Assembly (NCBI RefSeq): GCF_032444005.1
Contig: NW_027193546.1
Coordinates: 434,001 to 498,000, forward strand
DNA: 64,000 bases
From: Ranitomeya imitator
Lineage: Eukaryota
Direction: 5' to 3'
Position numbers and translations under genes: made by a program. The first letter of the stretch is position 1, and each line of letters begins with the position of its first letter. Below the pieces are notes generated by a model. That model did not search any database and was not told the DNA's origin. It saw only the letters and a program-made list of their open reading frames with translations. Shown here in pieces: positions 56,160 to 64,000 of the stretch.

Positions 56160-56749
56160 GTACAGTATATACAGCAGAGTGTACAGTATATACAGCAGAG
56201 TACACAGTATATAGAGCAGAGTGTACAGTATATACAGCAGTGTGCACAGTATATAGAGCCAGTGTGTACAGTACATACAGCAGTGTGTACAGTATATAGA
56301 GCAGTGTGTAAAGTATATACAGCAGTGTGTACAATTTATAGACCAGAGTGTACAGTATATAGAGCAGTCTCCCCTCTCTTCTTCTTTCTCTCTCTCTCTC
56401 TCTCTCTCTCCCTCTTTCTTAATCTCTATTTCTCTCTCCTCTCTTTCATTATTTCCTTCTCTCCTTTCTCTCTTCGCTCTCCTCTCTTTCTTTCTCTCTT
56501 CTTTTTTCTCTAAATATTTCTCTCACTCTTACTCTTTCTTCCTTTCTATTTCTCTCTCCCTCTCTTTCCCTTGCTTTCTCTTTTTCTTACTTTATATCTA
56601 TCTCTCTCCTTCTCTCTTTCTTTATCTCTCTTCTCTCTCTCTCTCTTTATGTCTCTTTGTCTCTCTTTCTCTCTTTCTCCCTTTCTTTCTCTCTATCTCC
56701 TTCTTTCTCATTCTCTCTCTTTCACTTTATCTCTCTCTTTCTCTCTCTC
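56160..56749. repeat. ~20-bp tandem repeat plus CT tract, copy 2
   Basis: Copy of 12152-12733. Confidence 0.85.
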
Positions 56750-57076
56750 AGGGAGAGATGATCAATCCTTCATGTCAGCAGTGCACCTCTCCAAAATGAG
56801 GCAGATGTACTAGATTTTCTAGGCACCGCCATCTGCACGTGGGGTGCTGCTGTAATCCCTGTCATCATCCTCGTTTTTCCTCTCCACGTTTCCATATCCA
56901 GCCAAGTGATCGCTGGGCCCAGTATTCTCATCAGCATTGCCGATACTTCGAGCTGTAGCAAAGGAGAAGGCACAAGTGATGATAACCCGCCTCTATGTGC
57001 CCTCAAGTGTCTCCGCTGTGGTGCGGGATGATATGCTATGGAAGGTTAATAATCAATAATTGTGTCCTTCCTACAG

Positions 57077-57143
57077 GCTCTGGTGCCCCATGGAATGAAA
57101 GGTTTCCCCAGGAGGGCGGTGGTAAAGATGTTTAATGACTTGC
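57077..57143 (+). pseudogene. BRAT1: Truncated BRAT1 exon fragment, copy 2
   Basis: Identical to 13061-13127 (…GFPRRAVVKMFNDL), then breaks into minisatellite. Confidence 0.75.
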
Positions 57144-57149
57144 CACCAC

Positions 57150-60100
57150 CAGCTCTGCGGGGAGAGGGTGGTGGCACTGATCATACAGCTCTGCGGGGAG
57201 GAGGTGATGGCTCTGATCCTACAGCTCTGCGGGGAGAATGTGGTGGCTCTGATCATACAGCTCTGCGGGGAGAAGGTGGTGGCACTGATCATACGGCTCT
57301 CCGGGGAGGAGGTGATTTCTCTGATCATACAGCTCTGCAGGGAGGAGGTGGTGGCTCTGATCATACAGCTCTGCGGAGAGGAGGTGGTGGCTCTGATCAT
57401 GCAGCTCTGCGGGGAGGAGGTGGTGGCACTGATCATACAGCTGTGCGGGGAGGAGGTGGTGGCACTGATCATACAGCTCTGCGGGGAGGAGGTGGTGGTA
57501 CTGATCATACAGCTGTGCGGGGAGGAGGTGATTTCTCTGATCATACAGCTCTGCAGGGAGGAGGTGGTGGTACTGATCATACAGCTCTGCGGGGGAGAAG
57601 GTGGTGGCACTGATCATACAGCTCTGCGGGGTGGAGGTGATTTCTCTGATCATACAGCTCTGCAGGGAGGAGTAGGTGGTGGCACTGATGATACAGCTCT
57701 GCGGGGAGGAGGTGGTGGCACTGATCATACAGCTCTGCGGGGAGGAGGAGGTGGCACTGATCATACAGCTCTGCGGGGAGGAGGTGGTGGCACTGATCAT
57801 ACAGCTCTGCTGGGAGGAGGTGGTGGCACTGATCATACAGCTCTGCGGGGTGGAGGTGATTTCTCTGATCATACAGCTCTGCAGGGAGGAGTAGGTGGTG
57901 GCACTGATGATACAGCTCTGCGGGGAGGAGGTGGTGGCACTGATCATACAGCTCTGCGGGGAGGAGGAGGTGGCACTGATCATACAGCTCTGCGGGGAGG
58001 AGGTGGTGGCACTGATCATACAGCTCTGCGGGGAGGAGGTGGTGGCACTGATCATACAGCTCTGCGGGGAGGAGGTGGTGGCACTGATCATACAGCTCTG
58101 CGGGGAGGAGGTGGTGGCACTGATCGTACAGCTCTGCGGGGAGGAGGTGGTGGCACTGATCATACAGCTCTGCAGGGAGGAGGTGGTGGCACTGATCATA
58201 CAGCTCTGCGGGGAGAAGGTGTTGGCACTGATCATACAGCTCTCCGGGGAGGAGGTGATTTCTCTGATCATACAGCTCTGCAGGGAGGATGAGGTTATGG
58301 CTCTGATCATACAGGTCTGAGGGGAGTAGGTGGTGGCTCTGATCATACAGCTCTGCGGGGAGAGGGTGGTGGCACTGATCATACAGCTCTGCGGGGAGGA
58401 GGTCATGGCTCTGATCCTACAGCTCTGCGGGGAGAATGTGGTGGCTCTGATCATACAGCTCTGCGGGGAGAAGGTGGTGGCACTGATCATACGGCTCTCC
58501 GGGGAGGAGGTGATTTCTCTGATCATACAGCTCTGCGGAGAGGAGGTGGTGGCTCTGATCATGCAGCTCTGCGGGGAGGAGGTGGTGGCACTGATCATAC
58601 AGCTGTGCGGGGAGGAGGTGGTGGCACTGATCACACAGCTCTGCGGGGAGGAGGTGGTGGTACTGATCATACAGCTGTGCGGGGAGGAGGTGATTTCTCT
58701 GATCATACAGCTCTGCAGGGAGGAGGTGGTGGTACTGATCATACAGCTGTGCGGGGAGGAGGTGATTTCTCTGATCATACAGCTCTGCAGGGAGGAGGTG
58801 GTGGCACTGATCATACAGCTCTGCGGGGAGGAGGTGGTGGCACTGATCATACAGCTCTGCGGGGAGGAGGTGGTGGCACTGATCATACAGCTCTGCAGGG
58901 AGGAGGAGGTTATGGCTCTGATCATACAGGTCTGAGGGGAGTAGGTGGTGGCTCTGATCATACAGCTCTGCGGGGAGAGGGTGGTGGCACTGATCATACA
59001 GCTCTGCGGGGAGGAGGTGATGGCTCTGATCCTACAGCTCTGCGGGGAGAATGTGGTGGCTCTGATCATACAGCTCTGCGGGGAGAAGGTGGTGGCACTG
59101 ATCATACGGCTCTCCGGGGAGGAGGTGATTTCTCTGATCATACAGCTCTGCAGGGAGGAGGTGGTGGCTCTGATCATACAGCTCTGCGGGGAGGAGGTGG
59201 TGGCACTGATCATACAGCTCTGCGGGGGAGAAGGTGGTGGCACTGATCATACAGCTCTGCGGGGTGGAGGTGATTTCTCTGATCATACAGCTCTGCAGGG
59301 AGGAGTAGGTGGTGGCACTGATGATACAGCTCTGCGGGGAGGAGGTGGTGGCACTGATCATACAGCTCTGCGGGGTGGAGGTGATTTCTCTGATCATACA
59401 GCTCTGCAGGGAGGAGTAGGTGGTGGCACTGATGATACAGCTCTGCGGGGAGGAGGAGGTGGCACTGATCATACAGCTCTGCGGGGAGGAGGTGGTGGCA
59501 CTGATCATACAGCTCTGCGGGGAGGAGGTGGTGGCACTGATCATACAGCTCTGCGGGGAGGAGGTGGTGGCACTGATCATACAGCTCTGCGGGGAGGAGG
59601 AGGTGGCACTGATCATACAGCTCTGCGGGGAGGAGGTGGTGGCACTGATCATACAGCTCTGCAGGAAGGAGGTGGTGGCACTGATCATACAGCTCTGCGG
59701 GGAGAAGGTGTTGGCACTGATCATACAGCTCTCCGGGGAGGAGGTGATTTCTCTGATCATACAGCTCTGCAGGGAGGAGGAGGTTATGGCTCTGATCATA
59801 CAGGTCTGAGGGGAGTAGGTGGTGGCTCTGATCATACAGCTCTGCGGGGAGAGGGTGGTGGCACTGATCATACAGCTCTGCGGGGAGGAGGTGATGGCTC
59901 TGATCCTACAGCTCTGCGGGGAGAATGTGGTGGCTCTGATCATACAGCTCTGCGGGGAGAAGGTGGTGGCACTGATCATACGGCTCTCCGGGGAGGAGGT
60001 GATTTCTCTGATCATACAGCTCTGCAGGGAGGAGGTGGTGGCTCTGATCATACAGCTCTGCGGGGAGGAGGTGGTGGCTCTGATCATGCAGCTCTGCGGG

Positions 60101-60508
60101 GAGGAGGTGGTGGCACTGATCATACAGCTCTGCGGGGAGGAGGTGGTGGCACTGATCATACAGCTGTGCGGGGAGGAGGTGATTTCTCTGATCATACAGC
60201 TCTGCAGGGAGGAGGTGGTGGCTCTGATCATACAGCTCTGCGGGGAGGAGGTGGTGGCACTGATCATACAGCTCTGCGGGGGAGAAGGTGGTGGCACTGA
60301 TCATACAGCTCTGCGGGGTGGAGGTGATTTCTCTGATCATACAGCTCTGCAGGGAGGAGTAGGTGGTGGCACTGATCATACAGCTCTGCAGGGAGGAGGT
60401 GGTGGCACTGATCATACAGCTCTGCGGGGAGAAGGTGTTGGCACTGATCATACAGCTCTCCGGGGAGGAGGTGATTTCTCTGATCATACAGCTCTGCGGG
60501 GAGGAGGT
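57150..60508. repeat. 36-bp minisatellite array 4, left part
   Basis: Same unit and orientation as the other arrays. Confidence 0.99.
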
Positions 60509-61088
60509 AACATAGTAACATAGTAACATAGTTAGTAAGGCCGAAAAAAAGACATTTGTCCATCCAGTTCAGCCTATATTCCATCATAATAAATACCCAG
60601 ATCTACGTCCTTCTACAGAACCTAATAATTGTATGATACAATATTGTTCTGCTCCAGGAAGACATCCAGGCCTCTCTTGAACCCCTCGACTGAGTTCGCC
60701 ATCACCACCTCCTCAGGCAAGCAATTCCAGATTCTCACTGCCCTAACAGTAAAGAATCCTCTTCTATGTTGGTGGAAAAACCTTCTCTCCTCCAGACGCA
60801 AAGAATGCCCCCTTGTGCCCGTCACCTTCCTTGGTATAAACAGATCCTCAGCGAGATATTTGTATTGTCCCCTTATATACTTATACATGGTTATTAGATC
60901 GCCCCTCAGTCGTCATTTTTTTTAAACTAAATAATCCTAATTTCGCTAATCTATCTGGGTATTGTAGTTCTCCCATCCCCTTTATTAATTTTGTTGCCCT
61001 CCTTTGTACTCTCTCTAGTTCCATTATATCCTTCCTGAGCACCGGTGCCCAAAACTGGACACAGTACTCCACGTGCGGTCTAACTAGG
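60509..61088 (-). mobile_element. CR1 LINE (~0.58 kb) inserted in minisatellite
   Basis: [24 protein letters not shown]... with frameshift near 60915; (GTAACATA)3 tail. Confidence 0.95.
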
Positions 61089-64000
61089 TGGTGGTGGCAC
61101 TGATTATACAGCTCTGCGGGGAGGAAGTGGTGGCTCTGATCATACAGCTCTGCGGGGAGGAGGTGGTGGCTCTGATCATACAGCTCTGCGGGGAGGAGGT
61201 GGTGGTACTGATCATACAGCTGTGCGGGGAGGAGGTGATTTCTCTGATCATACAGCTCTGATCATACTGATCATACAGCTCTGCGGGGAGGAGGTGGTGG
61301 CACTGATTATACAGCTCTGCGGGGAGAGGGTGGTGGCACTGATCATACAGCTCTGCGGGGAGGAGGTGGTGGCACTGATTATACAGCTCTGCGGGGAGAG
61401 GGTGGTGGCTCTGATCATACAGCTCTGCGGGGAGGAGGTGGTGGCTCTGATCATACAGCTCTGCGGGGTGGAGGTGATTTCTCTGATCATACAGCTCTGC
61501 GGGGTGGAGGTGGTGGCACTGATTATACAGCTCTGCGGGGAGGAAGTGGTGGCTCTGATCATACAGCTCTGCGGGGGAGAAGGTGGTGGCACTGATCATA
61601 CAGCTCTGCGGGGTGGAGGTGATTTCTCTGATCATACAGCTCTGCAGGGAGGAGTAGGTGGTGGCATTGATGATACAGCTCTGCGGGGAGGAGGTGGTGG
61701 CACTGATCATACAGCTCTGCGGGGTGGAGGTGATTTCTCTGATCATACAGCTCTGCAGGGAGGAGTAGGTGGTGGCACTGATGATACAGCTCTGCGGGGA
61801 GGAGGTTGTGGCACTGATCATACAGCTCTGCGGGGAGGAGGGGGTGGCTCTGATCATACAGCTCTGCGGGGAGGAGGTGGTGGCTCTGATCATGCAGCTC
61901 TGCGGGGAGGAGTTGGTGGCACTGATCATACAGCTGTGCGGGGAGGAGGTGGTGGCACTGATCATACAGCTCTGCGGGGAGGAGGTGGTGGCTCTGATCA
62001 TACAGCTCTGCGGGGAGGAGGTGGTGGTACTGATCATACAGCTGTGCGGGGAGGAGGTGATTTCTCTGATCATACAGCTCTGCAGGGAAGAGGTGGTGGC
62101 TCTGATCATACAGCTCTGCGGGGAGGAGGAGGTGGCACTGATCATCCAGCTCTGCGGGGAGGAGGTGGTGGCACTGATCATACAGCTCTGCGGGGAGGAG
62201 GTGGTGGCACTGATCATACAGCTCTGCGGGGAGGAGGTGGTGGCACTGATCATACAGCTCTGCGGGGAGGAGGAGGTGGCACTGATCATACAGCTCTGCG
62301 GGGAGGAGGTGGTGGCACTGATCATACAGCTCTGCGGGGAGGAGGTGATTTCTCTGATCATACAGCTCTGCAGGGAGGAGGTGGTGGTACTGATCATACA
62401 GCTGTGCGGGGAGGAGGTGATTTCTCTGATCATACAGCTCTGCAGGGAGAAGGTGGTGGCACTGATCATACAGCTCTGCGGGGAGGAGGTGGTGGCACTG
62501 ATCATACAGCTCTGCGGGGAGGAGGTGGTGGCACTGATCATACAGCTCTGCGGGGAGGAGGTGGTGGCACTGATCATACAGCTCTGCGGGGAGGAGGGGA
62601 TTTCTCTGATCATACAGCTCTGCAGGGAGGAGGTCGTGGCTCTGATCATACATCTCTGCGGGGAGGAGGTGGTGGCACTGATTATACAGCTCTGCGGGGA
62701 GAGGGTGGTGGCTCTGATCATACAGCTCTGCGGGGAGGAGGTGGTGGCTCTGATCATACAGCTCTGCGGGGTGGAGGTGATTTCTCTGATCATACAGCTC
62801 TGCAGGGAGGAGTAGGTGGTGGCACTGATGATACAGCTCTGCGGGGAGGAGGTGGTGGCACTGATCATACAGCTCTGCGGGGTGGAGGTGATTTCTCTGA
62901 TCATACAGCTCTGCAGGGAGGAGTAGGTGGTGGCACTGATGATACAGCTCTGCGGGGAGGAGGTGGTGGCACTGATCATACAGCTCTGCGGGGAGGAGGT
63001 GGTGGCTCTGATCATACAGCTCTGCGGGGGAGAAGGTGGTGGCACTGATCATACAGCTCTGCGGGGTGGAGGTGATTTCTCTGATCATACAGCTCTGCAG
63101 AGAGGAGTAGGTGGTGGCACTGATGATACAGCTCTGCGGGGAGGAGGTGGTGGCACTGATCATACAGCTCTGCGGGGTGGAGGTGATTTCTCTGATCATA
63201 CAGCTCTGCAGGGAGGAGTAGGTGGTGGCACTGATGATACAGCTCTGCGGGGAGGAGGTGGTGGCACTGATCATACAGCTCTGCGGGGAGGAGGTGGTGG
63301 CTCTGATCATACAGCTCTGCGGGGAGGAGGTGGTGGCTCTGATCATGCAGCTCTGCGGGGAGGAGGTGGTGGCACTGATCATACAGCTCTGCGGGGAGGA
63401 GGTGGTGGCTCTGATCATACAGCTCTGCGGGGAGGAGGTGGTGGTACTGATCATACAGCTGTGCGGGGAGGAGGTGATTTCTCTGATCATACAGCTCTGC
63501 AGGGAGGAGGTGGTGGCTCTGATCATACAGCTCTGCGGGGAGGAGGAGGTGGCACTGATCATACAGCTCTGCGGGGAGGAGGTGGTGGCACTGATCATAC
63601 AGCTCTGCGGGGAGGAGGTGGTGGCACTGATCATACAGCTCTGCGGGGAGGAGGTGGTGGCACTGATCATACAGCTCTGCGGGGAGGAGGAGGTTGCACT
63701 GATCATACAGCTCTGCGGGGAGGAGGTGGTGGCACTGATCATACAGCTCTGCGGGGAGGAGGTGGTGGCACTGATCATACAGCTCTGCGGGGAGGAGGTG
63801 GTGGCACTGATCATACAGCTCTGCGGGGAGGAGGTGGTGGCACTGATCATACAGCTCTGCGGGGAGGAGGAGGTGGCACTGATCATACAGCTCTGCGGGG
63901 AGGAGGTGGTGGCACTGATCATACAGCTCTGCGGGGAGGAGGTGGTGGCACTGATCATACAGCTCTGCGGGGAGGAGGTGGTGGCACTGATCATACAGCT
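61089..64000. repeat. 36-bp minisatellite array 4, right part (runs off window)
   Basis: Same unit. Confidence 0.99.

Noticed and set aside
61251-61280. Broken register CAGCTCTGATCATACTGATCATACAG
   Set aside because: Single local slippage through CTCTG microhomology, or a read error; no wider significance evident.

Overview
Vertebrate, most likely anuran amphibian (inferred from the repeat families), replication-dependent histone gene cluster made of three rearranged tandem copies of a ~21.2 kb unit. Unit order: H2B(-), orphan stem-loop, H4(-), CR1 fragment, palindromic MITE, H3(-), 36-bp minisatellite, H1(-), BRAT1 terminal-exon pseudogene, H4(+), CR1, H2A(-), Penelope-like fragment, L2 fragment. 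H2B starts are at 413, 21601 and 34969. Copy 2 has lost ~9.1 kb (H1, BRAT1, H4+, H2A); copy 3 is broken inside the BRAT1 exon and re-enters the minisatellite. About 27 kb (~43%) of the window is a 36-bp minisatellite. Its unit is the 3' arm of the H1 stem-loop plus the cleavage site and the histone downstream element (AGAGCTGTA, complementary to U7 snRNA), so it is an amplified histone pre-mRNA processing signal. The long repetitive ORFs in the track are translation artefacts of this 36-bp period. The core of every H2B is hidden by an identical 285-nt N run.
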